A stretch of DNA of 64,000 bases from Patescibacteria group bacterium (GCA_018897195.1 JAHILH010000001.1:412565-476564); one strand, 5' to 3'; numbered from the stretch's first letter, positions 48,839-58,472 are shown. Program-made: numbers and translations. Notes: generated from the sequence alone by a model not told the origin.

Positions 48839-49864
48839 TTACCATTCCAGACTGCCGGTCGAATACTCTTTTACGGTTGCTTCAAAGAAATTACTTTCCG
48901 TCATATTCCCCTGGGTAAATTCATCCAACCAGGTAAAGGGATTTTCTGTGTTCCACTTTTTTGGTAAGCCCAAAGATTTTAAACGCAGGTCGCCAATAAA
49001 ATAAAGATAGTCGGTTAAATTATTTTTATTCAAGCCCAGGATGCCATCATTGATGCACGACAAGCCCCAGCTCAATTCATGTTCAATAGCACCCTCGATA
49101 TTTTTAATGATACGCTCTTGAAATTCCGCTGTCCACAACTCGGGCTGCTCCTGCTTGATGGTGCTGACAATGTTAATAAACAACTTCAAATGCATATCCT
49201 CGTCGCGGTTAATAAATTGGATCATTTGGGCGCTACCCGGCATTTTATTATTTCGTCTCAAGACGTAAAAATTCAAAAAAGCGCTGTAAAAATATATTCC
49301 CTCTAAAATGACATTACCAACACACGCCTCCAAGAAGGCCTGGTCGCTTTCCAAGGTGCCCGTCGTAAAACTGCGATCACCGATTTTATTAATCGCCGCC
49401 AAGACATATTGATTTTTGGTATATAATTCTTTGTCCACTTTATACATCCCATAAATTTCATCCGGATCAAAACCCAGCGCCTCGATCATCGTGGCATAGC
49501 TATGCACATGCAATGCCTCCTCGTAGGCCTGGCGCACCACCGCCAAGGTCACCTCTGGCGATGTAATTTGATTAATAATATTAGTCGTCAAATTGGCGGT
49601 TTGAATGCCGTCCAGGTTTGAAACAAAAGCCAAGCTTCGCTTATAAACCCGTCGTTCATTTTCTGTTAAAAAATCCGGTTTTTTCCACTGCTCGATATCT
49701 TCTTGCAGATTCACTTCTTGTGGCACCCAATTATTTTTGAGCATCGTCTTAAAGATTTCATCGGCGAAAGGATGTTTTAGTGGAGCGACTTGCATCAAGC
49801 CATCGTCTTCACCGTTAATGACGCGCCGTTTGTTTATCACTTCGGCGTTTGAAAGATTGTTCAT
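48839..49864 (-). CDS. nrdB: Ribonucleotide reductase class I beta subunit
   Basis: NLD, EEALHVHSY (radical Tyr retained), LEGIYFYSAF and RDEDMH motifs. Confidence 0.95.
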   Translation of the reverse strand: MNNLSNAEVINKRRVINGEDDGLMQVAPLKHPFADEIFKTMLKNNWVPQEVNLQEDIEQWKKPDFLTENERRVYKRSLAFVSNLDGIQTANLTTNIINQITSPEVTLAVVRQAYEEALHVHSYATMIEALGFDPDEIYGMYKVDKELYTKNQYVLAAINKIGDRSFTTGTLESDQAFLEACVGNVILEGIYFYSAFLNFYVLRRNNKMPGSAQMIQFINRDEDMHLKLFINIVSTIKQEQPELWTAEFQERIIKNIEGAIEHELSWGLSCINDGILGLNKNNLTDYLYFIGDLRLKSLGLPKKWNTENPFTWLDEFTQGNMTESNFFEATVKEYSTGSLEW

Positions 49865-49895
49865 ATTTATTTTATTCTTAATTTTATTAATATTT

Positions 49896-52655
49896 CTATT
49901 GACAAGCCTCACAATCTGGATTGTCAATCAGACAAGCCTTCGGGGCAGCGACTAGATTGTCGCCACCAGAGGCCTCCGGCGCACCCGCTTCAGTCGCAGG
50001 CATTTCGATGGTTTTAGTTATTTGTGACGCTGCCAAAGTGCGCAAATAGTAAGTCGTCTTCAAACCAGTCTTCCAGGCATCGATATAAATATCACTTAAT
50101 ATTTTACCACTACTTGTCGTCACAAAAATATTTGTCGACGCACTCTGGTCAATCCATTTGCCACGGTAAGCGGCGGCGCGCACCACCCAGTGAGGCTCGA
50201 TTTCAAAAGTTTCGCGATACTTGTTTTTTAATCTTTCGGGAATGACCGGAATATTTGCAATCGAGCCATTGTCATATTTTATCGCTTCAAGAATTTGCTT
50301 ATTCCAAAGATTTTCCGCCATCAAATCATCCACCAGATATTTATTCAGCACCAAAAAACTACCAGACATATTTTCTTTGCTGTAAATATTTTTGAAAATC
50401 GGTTCCACGCACGGAATCGCACCAGCAATATTTGAAATTGTGGCCGTTGGCGCAATCGCCAAACAATTTGAATTACGCATGCCTTGTCGACTTATTTTGT
50501 CGCGCAAGCCCGCCCAATCCAGTGTATAATTTTTATCAATCGCGAGCGGAACATTTCTTTCTGCCTCAAGTAGACCCAAGGTGTCAATCGGCAATAATCC
50601 CCGACTCCATTTGCTACCCGGATAGGATTGATAAACTCCCCGCTCCTTGGCTAAGTCTGAACTCGCTTCCAATGCGCAAAACGAAATATATTCCATAGAG
50701 CGATCTGCAAATTTCCAATTAGCCTCACTGGCAAAATCAATGTCGACTTGATATAAAGCATCCTGATAACCCATCAAGCCAAGACCAACCGCCCGATGGC
50801 GACTATTGGCTGTTTCGGTTTCTTTGATAGTATAAAAATTAATATCAATCACATTGTCCAACATGCGCATCCCGCTCGTAACTGTTTGTCGAATCAAATC
50901 CTTGTCTAACTCGCCATCGCAAATCATTCGTGCCAGGTTCAAACTAGCCAAATTACAAACTGCCACCTCGTCGGCCGAATTGTTCAGTGTAATTTCCGTG
51001 CATAAATTAGAATTGTGCACTACACCAACGTGATCTTGCGGTGAGCGCAAATTGCAGGGATCCTTGAAGGTAATCCAGGGATGTCCAGTTTCATACAACA
51101 TCGTCAAAATCTTTTTCCAGAGATCTTTGGCCGAAATTTGTCGCGCTCCTTGGATATTTGCTCTTTCGTATTCCTGATATTTTTCTTCAAACTTCTGGCC
51201 ATACAAATCGTGTAAGCCCGGAACGTCGTTTGGCGAAAACAAGGTCCAACTCTCATCATTCAAAACCCGCTTCATAAATAAATCAGGAATCCAACACGCC
51301 GGGTGAATATCGTGCGCCCGTCGGCGTTCGTCGCCGGTGTTTTTCTTTAACTCCAAAAATTCTTCAATATCGCCATGCCACACTTCTAAGTAAGCCGCCA
51401 AAGCCCCGCGCCGTTTCCCGCCCTGGTTCACTGCCACTGCAATATCATTAAAGATTTTAATAAAAGGAATAATCCCCTGTGAATCACCGTTGGTTCCCTT
51501 AATCTTGGAGCCCATGGCCCGCACCGGCGTCCAATCAGTCCCGACGCCACCAGACCACTTGGACATACTCGCCACATCACTGAACGATTTAAAAATACCC
51601 GCAATCGAATCTTCAATTGTATTCAAGTAGCAAGAGCTCAACTGACTATGTGTGGTGCCGCTATTAAACAAGGTTGGTGTTGAAGGCAACAATAAAAATT
51701 GTGACATCACATTATAAAACTCAATCGCCCGCTCCTCGCGATTATCTTCGCGCAAGGCCAAGCCCATCGCCACCCGCATCCACAACCATTGCGGTAATTC
51801 AAAAATTTGGCGGGGCTTTGTCGGCGTTTTTAACAAATAGCGGTCATGCACAGTTTGCGCTCCCAGATATTGAAAATTATCATCACGTGTTTTATCCAAG
51901 GCCTTGGCCAATTTCAACAAATCAAAATTAGCTAATTCCGGATTAAGCAATTCGTAACCAATCCCATTGGCAATATAATCAATAAAGCCTTGTTGGTATT
52001 TTTTTATACTCAAATCTTCTCCCAGTAGCACTTTGTCATAATCAAGACCCAACACCTCTTCATAAAGCTGGTCCCATAACAAACGCGCGGCCAGGAAAGA
52101 ATAATTGTAATGCTTTTCGACCAATGACGTAGCCGCGTTAATAATCGTCTTTTTTAATTCGCTCACCTTGATGCCCTCGTATAGATTTTTTTTAATCTCG
52201 GCCAACACCAGGGCTTGGTCAATAAAGTCCAGCCCCTTGGCCATAGTTGTCAATTTGGCCACAATTTTTGCTTCAGAAAAAACTTCCGCCAAACCGTCAT
52301 TGTTCACAATCTTAAAAGCATGATGCGCAATTGAGTCCTGTACCTGTTTTTTCTCCGCTTCCCGCAATTTGGCATGCTCGGAGCGATAAATAATAAATTT
52401 TCTCGCGACATCATAGGCGCCCGCAGCCATCAAAACCTCCTCGATGACATTCTGTACATTCTCCACGCTCAGTGTTTTTTCCTGATCAATATAATCAATT
52501 TGTATTCGATTTATAACCTGGGAATAAAGCTCGTCCAACGACCAGCGCTCAGTTTGATTAACGGCAGCCACAGCTTTGGCGATTACCATTTTAATTTTAT
52601 CCGCCTCAAAATCGGCCAATAAACCATTTCTTTTTGTGATTTTGTATAAATCCAT
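49896..52655 (-). CDS. nrdA: Ribonucleotide reductase class I alpha subunit with two ATP cones
   Basis: ITKRNG and IVNNDG cone starts, PTLFNSG, SSCY, SNLCTEI, APTATIS, KTTYYLR and C-terminal CEAC. Confidence 0.96.
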   Translation of the reverse strand: MDLYKITKRNGLLADFEADKIKMVIAKAVAAVNQTERWSLDELYSQVINRIQIDYIDQEKTLSVENVQNVIEEVLMAAGAYDVARKFIIYRSEHAKLREAEKKQVQDSIAHHAFKIVNNDGLAEVFSEAKIVAKLTTMAKGLDFIDQALVLAEIKKNLYEGIKVSELKKTIINAATSLVEKHYNYSFLAARLLWDQLYEEVLGLDYDKVLLGEDLSIKKYQQGFIDYIANGIGYELLNPELANFDLLKLAKALDKTRDDNFQYLGAQTVHDRYLLKTPTKPRQIFELPQWLWMRVAMGLALREDNREERAIEFYNVMSQFLLLPSTPTLFNSGTTHSQLSSCYLNTIEDSIAGIFKSFSDVASMSKWSGGVGTDWTPVRAMGSKIKGTNGDSQGIIPFIKIFNDIAVAVNQGGKRRGALAAYLEVWHGDIEEFLELKKNTGDERRRAHDIHPACWIPDLFMKRVLNDESWTLFSPNDVPGLHDLYGQKFEEKYQEYERANIQGARQISAKDLWKKILTMLYETGHPWITFKDPCNLRSPQDHVGVVHNSNLCTEITLNNSADEVAVCNLASLNLARMICDGELDKDLIRQTVTSGMRMLDNVIDINFYTIKETETANSRHRAVGLGLMGYQDALYQVDIDFASEANWKFADRSMEYISFCALEASSDLAKERGVYQSYPGSKWSRGLLPIDTLGLLEAERNVPLAIDKNYTLDWAGLRDKISRQGMRNSNCLAIAPTATISNIAGAIPCVEPIFKNIYSKENMSGSFLVLNKYLVDDLMAENLWNKQILEAIKYDNGSIANIPVIPERLKNKYRETFEIEPHWVVRAAAYRGKWIDQSASTNIFVTTSSGKILSDIYIDAWKTGLKTTYYLRTLAASQITKTIEMPATEAGAPEASGGDNLVAAPKACLIDNPDCEACQ

Positions 52656-52677
52656 ATTTTTTTCATTTAGTGCGCTT

Positions 52678-52726
52678 ATACTACAGCTAGTATACAACTA
52701 CTTAATTATACCACAAGATGTAGTGT
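52678..52726. promoter_or_regulatory. Tandem NrdR boxes
   Basis: CCACAAGATGTAGTGT (52711-52726) and weaker ATACTACAGCTAGTAT (52678-52693) against the consensus acaCwAtATaTwGtgt, 33 bp apart, just upstream of nrdA. Confidence 0.65.
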
Positions 52727-52827
52727 TGACCAAGCAGCGATAATAACGCTAATCTAACAGCACCGAGACAAATCAATTCCAAATATCACTCGCAGTGCGC
52801 ACATAGCTGTGTATAAAATAGAGAAAT

Positions 52828-52860
52828 AAAAAAACTGTTCTAAAATTAAAACAGTTTTTT
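52828..52860 (-). terminator. Terminator, near-duplicated at 53964-53994
   Basis: AAAAACTGTTCTAAAATTAAAACAGTTTTT. Confidence 0.7.
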
Positions 52861-52940
52861 CGGCTCACTTCCTAGACCAGCCCTGAGTTAAGAAAATATT
52901 TTGCAATAATTGTAAATATTATTCATTTTTATAATAATTA

Positions 52941-53516
52941 TCAAATAAAAGGATTAATCATTTCGAATAAAATTTGCGGTGTTTCCATGTTTACCCGGTT
53001 TGTACTGATGTTGTATTTCTCGCTATACAAAGTATCGACAGAGCAAAATTTAGCTTGGTTATAATTAAAGCCAATCTTTTCTGACACCTTCATGACCTGC
53101 TCCGTCGACTGTCCCTCAACCTCCACAAACGGTTCCAAAAAAGGCCATTCGTCTATTGTTATATCCACCCCATCCAATTCCCACAATTCGCGCATACTTT
53201 CTTGATAGGCTTTTTCTTTGCAACCGATTCCGGCTAAAAACTTTTTTGCCTCTTCGAAATTATCAACCGTCAACATTGTCTCTTTTTGATTATGAATTTT
53301 ATTACCATCAACCACTTTCAAACTCATAGTAATCCTATCGCCCTCATCTCGCACTCGCAGCCAACCGCCATTGATATGATTCCCTTCTGGCAATTTAAAA
53401 ACCGCGCGCTTTTGCATAAATTCTTTTTTGACTAGCTTCGCTCCCGCTTCCTGTAATTTTTCTCGCACCTCATCTTTGTCTACATTTGTATATGTTGCTT
53501 CGTATTCGATATTCAT
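52941..53516 (-). CDS. CYTH-domain protein
   Basis: IEYEA, WLRVRDEG, RELW and FVEVEG motifs. Confidence 0.88.
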   Translation of the reverse strand: MNIEYEATYTNVDKDEVREKLQEAGAKLVKKEFMQKRAVFKLPEGNHINGGWLRVRDEGDRITMSLKVVDGNKIHNQKETMLTVDNFEEAKKFLAGIGCKEKAYQESMRELWELDGVDITIDEWPFLEPFVEVEGQSTEQVMKVSEKIGFNYNQAKFCSVDTLYSEKYNISTNRVNMETPQILFEMINPFI

Positions 53517-53908
53517 ATTTTTATTTTATTTAAAACATTAATTATTTCCCCAGGTCTTATATCATTATCCTTAATATCAACAAGTGACAACCAAGTCGGT
53601 TCATAATAATTATTACCAGACATTTTTTTATATTCTTCTCCATGTCCATGTCCCACAGCACCACTCACTATGTCGCACAAATAAAACAACTCCTCATTTT
53701 GATTAAACACCTGCTTGAATATCAAATCAGCAACCGAAACGCTCACGTTTATCTCTTCAAGGCATTCCCGAACTAACGCTGATTTATTATCCTCACCATC
53801 GTCAACACCACCACCAGGAAAAACAAAATATGCCTCATTGTTTTTGATACGTTTTATGGTAAGCACTTTACCATCTTGCACAATAACTGCTCTAACTCTT
53901 TTTTGCAT
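53513..53908 (-). CDS. NUDIX hydrolase
   Basis: FPGGGVDDGEDNKSALVRECLEE Nudix box. Confidence 0.9.
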   Translation of the reverse strand: MQKRVRAVIVQDGKVLTIKRIKNNEAYFVFPGGGVDDGEDNKSALVRECLEEINVSVSVADLIFKQVFNQNEELFYLCDIVSGAVGHGHGEEYKKMSGNNYYEPTWLSLVDIKDNDIRPGEIINVLNKIKI

Positions 53909-53963
53909 ATAATTTTATTACGTCATTATTATACCATAAGTTCTATCTCCTACCACCCTAAAC

Positions 53964-53994
53964 AAAAAACTGTTCTAAGATTAGAACAGTTTTT
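53964..53994 (-). terminator. Terminator after trpB
   Basis: AAAAACTGTTCTAAGATTAGAACAGTTTTT. Confidence 0.8.
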
Positions 53995-54032
53995 GTGTCT
54001 ATAAGTCTTTCATGTCCACTAATTGTCATTAG

Positions 54033-55229
54033 TTACAATTCCAATCTTTCAGCCACATAATCAACATCCTTATCACCCCTACCAGATAAGTTAACTATTA
54101 TTATTTCTTCTTTTTTGAGCGTTGGAGATAGCTTGATTGCATGAGCGATGGCATGGGCACTTTCAAGGGCTGGAATTATTCCCTCTGTCTTGCTAAGTTC
54201 CAAAAAAGCACCAAGCGCCTCTTTGTCATTTATACAAACATATTCAACACGTCCCTTGTCTTTTAAATCAGCATGCACTGGACCGACACCAGGATAATCA
54301 AGACCGGAAGCGATTGAATGGACCGGCAAAGGCTCACCCTTCTCATCTTGAAGTAAATAAGTCATCATACCATGCAGAGCGCCTTTCTTGCCGAGTGTCA
54401 AAGTAGCGGCATGCTCACCGTCCTTAAAGCTTTTTCCAGAAGGCTCCACTCCAATCATCTTCACGTCATCATTCAAAAATTCATGAAAAAGGCCGATGGC
54501 ATTAGAACCGCCACCCACGCAGGCGATTAAATAATCCGGCAACACTCCCTCCTTCTCACCAATCTGCACTTTTGCCTCTCTCCCGATAATCGATTGAAAG
54601 TCTCGAACAATCATCGGATACGGATGAGGACCGACAACGGATCCGATGGCAAAAAAGATATTTTGCGGATCACTCAAAAATGTTTCAAAGGCACTATCAA
54701 CCGCATCCTTCAAGCATTTTCCACCACTCGTCACGCTAACCACCTTTGCGCCTAGTAATTTCATTCTCAAAACATTTTGATGTTGTTTTTTGATATCTAT
54801 TTCGCCCATATGGATTTCGCAATCAATTCCCACTATAGCTGCAGCCGTTGCCAGGGCCACCCCGTGCTGTCCTGCTCCCGTTTCAGCTAACAACTTTTTC
54901 TTCCCCATTCTCTTCGCCAACAATGCCTCTCCCAGGGTGTGATTAATCTTATGAGCGCCAGTGTGATTTAGATCTTCTCTTTTTAGATATATCTTTGCTC
55001 CACCAAGCTTTTCTGATAAATTTTTCGCATAATAAAGCGGAGAAGGTCTGCCGACATAGTCACGCAAGAGCATCTGATATTCTTCCAGAAAACTCTCATC
55101 CTCTATCGCCTCCCTGTAAGAAACATCTATTTCATCAAAGATTGTTTTTAGTTCCGGCGGTATAATTTGTCCGCCATATTCGCCATAATAGCCTTCTTTA
55201 TTTGGTAATACTTTTAAATTGTTTTTCAT
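54033..55229 (-). CDS. trpB: Tryptophan synthase beta chain, stand-alone
   Basis: [41 protein letters not shown] and NLSGRGDKD motifs. Confidence 0.97.
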   Translation of the reverse strand: MKNNLKVLPNKEGYYGEYGGQIIPPELKTIFDEIDVSYREAIEDESFLEEYQMLLRDYVGRPSPLYYAKNLSEKLGGAKIYLKREDLNHTGAHKINHTLGEALLAKRMGKKKLLAETGAGQHGVALATAAAIVGIDCEIHMGEIDIKKQHQNVLRMKLLGAKVVSVTSGGKCLKDAVDSAFETFLSDPQNIFFAIGSVVGPHPYPMIVRDFQSIIGREAKVQIGEKEGVLPDYLIACVGGGSNAIGLFHEFLNDDVKMIGVEPSGKSFKDGEHAATLTLGKKGALHGMMTYLLQDEKGEPLPVHSIASGLDYPGVGPVHADLKDKGRVEYVCINDKEALGAFLELSKTEGIIPALESAHAIAHAIKLSPTLKKEEIIIVNLSGRGDKDVDYVAERLEL

Positions 55230-55334
55230 ATATTTATTCTTAATTATTAATTATTTTAGAGATTATAAAACTTACGATTTGCATCGCCAATAATACGTCG
55301 CTCGGTTGTAAAAATAATATTTCATAAGACAAAT

Positions 55335-55375
55335 AAAAAAAGACTGCTCAATATCTATAATATTGAGCAGTCTTT
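55335..55375 (-). terminator. Attenuator terminator (segments 3:4) upstream of trpB
   Basis: 16-bp stem AAAGACTGCTCAATAT / ATATTGAGCAGTCTTT running into a U-tract on the minus strand. Confidence 0.88.
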
Positions 55376-55398
55376 AATAATTACAAAACAAAAAACAT

Positions 55399-55455
55399 CT
55401 ACTCAATATTTTGAGCAGTCCACCAGCTGTTATTTTGTAATGCTTGTAACTTCAT
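55399..55455 (-). CDS. trpL: Trp leader peptide (not in ORF track)
   Basis: MKLQALQNNSWWTAQNIE with tandem TGG TGG, overlapping alternative stems upstream of trpB. Confidence 0.85.
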   Translation of the reverse strand: MKLQALQNNSWWTAQNIE

Positions 55456-55461
55456 AATTGA

Positions 55462-55490
55462 ACTATATCACAACTTATTAAAAATTGCAA
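55462..55490 (-). promoter_or_regulatory. Sigma70 promoter of the trp leader
   Basis: TTGCAA-N17-TATAGT with extended TG; the expected +1 coincides with the leader ATG. Confidence 0.7.
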
Positions 55491-55560
55491 TATTCACGTC
55501 ATTTGTAAATATTTCGTTTCTATTTTCATAATTATTTTTTCACTATAATAAAATTAGTGT

Positions 55561-56265
55561 CTACGTAAGACTTCTGATTTTCAATATTAAATTTGGATCT
55601 GGACAGACATCTAAATAAAATTCTTTTTTCGATTTTGCTGCCACCCCGGGAAAATCGCCAGACTTGCCCATTAAATCGGTAATAATTTCAAAATGAAGAT
55701 GTGATGGCCAGCCGCCATTTTCTTTATAATTTCCGATAGTTCCTACTTTATCTCCTTTGTGAAAAATTTTGCCAACAACCCAATCACTCATTGAACTTCT
55801 AGAGAGATGACCATAGAGGGTCCAGAATTTAACACCATTAATAAAATGTTCCAAGATTAAAGTCGGACCATAATCCCCAAAAGCATCATTATCCTGAAAA
55901 CTATGAACAATCGAATCAAGTGGCGTACTAATCTCCACGCCTGCCTCAACCCAGATATCAATTCCCAGATGAATAGTTCTTGACTCTTCTTTTGATTTAA
56001 AAAGATCACTCTTTCGATAAATTATTCGGTCCTCATCATATCTTCCGATTCCATATCTAGCATCCTGATTCCCGATTTCGTCTGAGATATACTGAGAAAA
56101 ACTTTCCGGATTGCCCACATCCACTTTTTCCAACTTTTCATCTTGGCAGGAAAAATCAAAAATCGTCGCACGTTTTTCGTTAAGATTAAAGGGAAAGATT
56201 TCTCCGATTTCCGAAGAAATGTCTTTCAATAATCTTTTTACCTCTAATGATTTTGATGAATGCAT
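55561..56265 (-). CDS. M23-family peptidase-like protein without signal peptide
   Basis: HLGID, LYGHL and SHLHF motifs. Confidence 0.85.
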   Translation of the reverse strand: MHSSKSLEVKRLLKDISSEIGEIFPFNLNEKRATIFDFSCQDEKLEKVDVGNPESFSQYISDEIGNQDARYGIGRYDEDRIIYRKSDLFKSKEESRTIHLGIDIWVEAGVEISTPLDSIVHSFQDNDAFGDYGPTLILEHFINGVKFWTLYGHLSRSSMSDWVVGKIFHKGDKVGTIGNYKENGGWPSHLHFEIITDLMGKSGDFPGVAAKSKKEFYLDVCPDPNLILKIRSLT

Positions 56266-56295
56266 ATTTTTATATTAATTTGTAATTATATTTCA

Positions 56296-56628
56296 TTAAT
56301 TAACGACCCCAATCTTTATACCAAGCACGCCATGTTCATCTTCTTTTTCTTTTTTATAAAAATTATAAATATCAGCAAGTAGAACTTCCTTACTATTACT
56401 ACCAAATTCATAAACATCACGAGCATCGAATAACTGTTTAAAAGTGTCATAAGGTAATAAGCCACTTACCTTAACTTTAATTTTTTCATCAGTTTTTACA
56501 TTTGTAAATTCAATAACATCTCCAACTTGCAATAATTTTCTTTTCTCATCATTAAGTCTAACTTCAATAGTTTTATGACCATCTCTTATTAAATTGAAAG
56601 ACTCATTCTGTAATTTCATTTTGATCAT
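56296..56628 (-). CDS. ASCH-domain protein
   Basis: IRDGHKTIEVRLNDEKR and GDVIEF motifs. Confidence 0.88.
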   Translation of the reverse strand: MIKMKLQNESFNLIRDGHKTIEVRLNDEKRKLLQVGDVIEFTNVKTDEKIKVKVSGLLPYDTFKQLFDARDVYEFGSNSKEVLLADIYNFYKKEKEDEHGVLGIKIGVVN

Positions 56629-56658
56629 AAATTTTTAGTTACAAATTATTAATCATCC

Positions 56659-57021
56659 TTATTCATTAGCATACATTTTAAATGTAAACACCATGAGTAA
56701 TGAAGAATACATGTGACCAATTCCGGCATATTTTTTTCCATCTTTTTCAAAAAATTGTCCTGACCCCATTGACTCAATATACGTATATCCTTGTTGTTCC
56801 ATGCTTTTAGTAAAGTTAGTCGGATTTTTGGACAGATAGGTGTCGTCATCAAGACGTGTGACACCAGAATTGAAGATTACTTTTGGCAATGCTAAAAAAA
56901 TACCAATATGATTTTCTGACTGTCTGAGTGCGCGCCCAAAAATCACAAAATATGACAATAACAAAATAGTTGTAATAATCAAAAAAAGGATAAATATTTT
57001 TTTTAAATCTATACTTTTCAT
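56659..57021 (-). CDS. Membrane-anchored hypothetical protein
   Basis: N-terminal TM; likely start MKSIDL at 57021. Confidence 0.65.
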   Translation of the reverse strand: MKSIDLKKIFILFLIITTILLLSYFVIFGRALRQSENHIGIFLALPKVIFNSGVTRLDDDTYLSKNPTNFTKSMEQQGYTYIESMGSGQFFEKDGKKYAGIGHMYSSLLMVFTFKMYANE

Positions 57022-57022
57022 A

Positions 57023-57072
57023 TAAAAATTTTTTCTAACGCCCACTTTATTAAAACACTCAAAATGAAAATC
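57023..57072 (-). repeat. Degenerate copy of the 3' end of the 58113-58472 gene
   Basis: 44/50 identical to 58114-58163; reads DFHFECFNKVGVRKNF versus DVHFECFDKVGERKDF. Confidence 0.8.
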
Positions 57073-57099
57073 AACTCCTATTCTCGTGTATTATATAAA

Positions 57100-57357
57100 T
57101 TATTTCAAATTTACAGCGCACTTGTTTATTTCATTCACATCCAAGTCCTCGCCACTCTTTGGAGAAAGCTTTACTGTCAGACCATTGTCCCCCTCCAGAA
57201 TTTCCATTTTTTCCAACTTATCATACTCTTTGCTCTTGCAATTGCATTTTCCAGACTGGCATTTGCCAAGTGATTTCATAACCCTCGCCTTAGCGTCACC
57301 CAAGTTTTTGATATTTATTTCTACTATGTCCCTGTTCTTAGTTGCTTTGATATCCAT
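57100..57357 (-). CDS. Small Cys-containing hypothetical protein
   Basis: CQSGKCNC...C; A/T-rich leader and coding-like composition. Confidence 0.65.
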   Translation of the reverse strand: MDIKATKNRDIVEINIKNLGDAKARVMKSLGKCQSGKCNCKSKEYDKLEKMEILEGDNGLTVKLSPKSGEDLDVNEINKCAVNLK

Positions 57358-57430
57358 ATAATTTTATAAATTATTAATTATTTAAATTTCAAAAATTAAC
57401 CCTGAATTAATTACCAATTTATTCAAAAAC

Positions 57431-58087
57431 CTAATTAATTTCAAACCACTCCCCCTCGCCAATCACCTCGACTTTGCCGTCCACAACTTTCAAGGCAGAA
57501 TTATCGTCCATAACATAAATTTTTTCCGTCATATCCTTGACAGCCTTTCTCACAAAATCTTCGCGCAAATTAATAAAGTATTCTGAATTCAAATGTGGCA
57601 AGAAATAGAAATCAACAAAATTTAATCCCTGCATTTCATAATCTTTGTCCAAATCTTCGCCATAAACTATTTGTGAAATTTTTAGCAACAAATCTTTATT
57701 AGTAACCATGCTGCCCGCACTAACCCCGACATAAACTTTTTCTTTGAGCAGTCCTGGTAATACTTCAGCGAGTCCCGACTTATCCAGCCACTCCATGAGA
57801 TAATAAGTGTTTCCACCCTCAAAAAACAAAACATCCGCCTGTTCCAAGCTGGGTCTCCAGATGTTTTCATCTACCGCTGAAATATCGGTTATTTCAATCG
57901 ATTTAAAATTTAGATTATTCAAGCTAAGCAAATCATCGATGAGCCAACCCTTATCACCAGTTTCAACGTTTGACGCTGTTGGAATATAAACCAAAGTTGT
58001 ATCCTCTGGCTTTTTTCCGGTTAAACTAAATAAAGCGTTAGCTATTGATTGATTAGTAATACCTGCTGAGGTTAAAAGTAGTTTCAT
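57431..58087 (-). CDS. Peptidase E (S51) family protein
   Basis: LLLTSAG, YIPTA, GGNT, GVSAGS and LPH motifs. Confidence 0.9.
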   Translation of the reverse strand: MKLLLTSAGITNQSIANALFSLTGKKPEDTTLVYIPTASNVETGDKGWLIDDLLSLNNLNFKSIEITDISAVDENIWRPSLEQADVLFFEGGNTYYLMEWLDKSGLAEVLPGLLKEKVYVGVSAGSMVTNKDLLLKISQIVYGEDLDKDYEMQGLNFVDFYFLPHLNSEYFINLREDFVRKAVKDMTEKIYVMDDNSALKVVDGKVEVIGEGEWFEIN

Positions 58088-58112
58088 ATAATGTTAAATT
58101 TGCACAAATTTT

Positions 58113-58472
58113 TTAAAAATCTTTTCTTTCTCCCACTTTATCAAAACACTCAAAATGAACATCCTTATCATTAAAAACTTCCATAACTTTATACTTACCC
58201 TTAGTCCACATCTCACCGCCTTGAGCAAAATGCGTCGCTTCCAGCATGAGAATGCTTGCTCGCGGACGAGACAAAACTTCATTCCCGCGAGTTTCAATTA
58301 AAGGAATCTCACCGAAAAACCAATAATTTCTTTGATCTCTTTTCAAAAATTCATAAACCTCGCCTTCTCTCATATTTTCAGGAAGACACTCCTCAATTTT
58401 TCGATTGCCTTTTTTGTATTCCTCAATACTCCGCAAGGCAAGGTCTGGATTGTATTCAACTTTTATTCCCAT
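58113..58472 (-). CDS. Hypothetical protein
   Basis: 119-aa ORF MGIKVEYNPDLALR...; no function recognised. Confidence 0.7.
   Translation of the reverse strand: MGIKVEYNPDLALRSIEEYKKGNRKIEECLPENMREGEVYEFLKRDQRNYWFFGEIPLIETRGNEVLSRPRASILMLEATHFAQGGEMWTKGKYKVMEVFNDKDVHFECFDKVGERKDF

Noticed and set aside
48839..49864. Class Ic or metal-free class Ie RNR beta subunit
   Set aside because: The first Asp ligand, the ExxH pairs and the radical Tyr are all present, as in class Ia.
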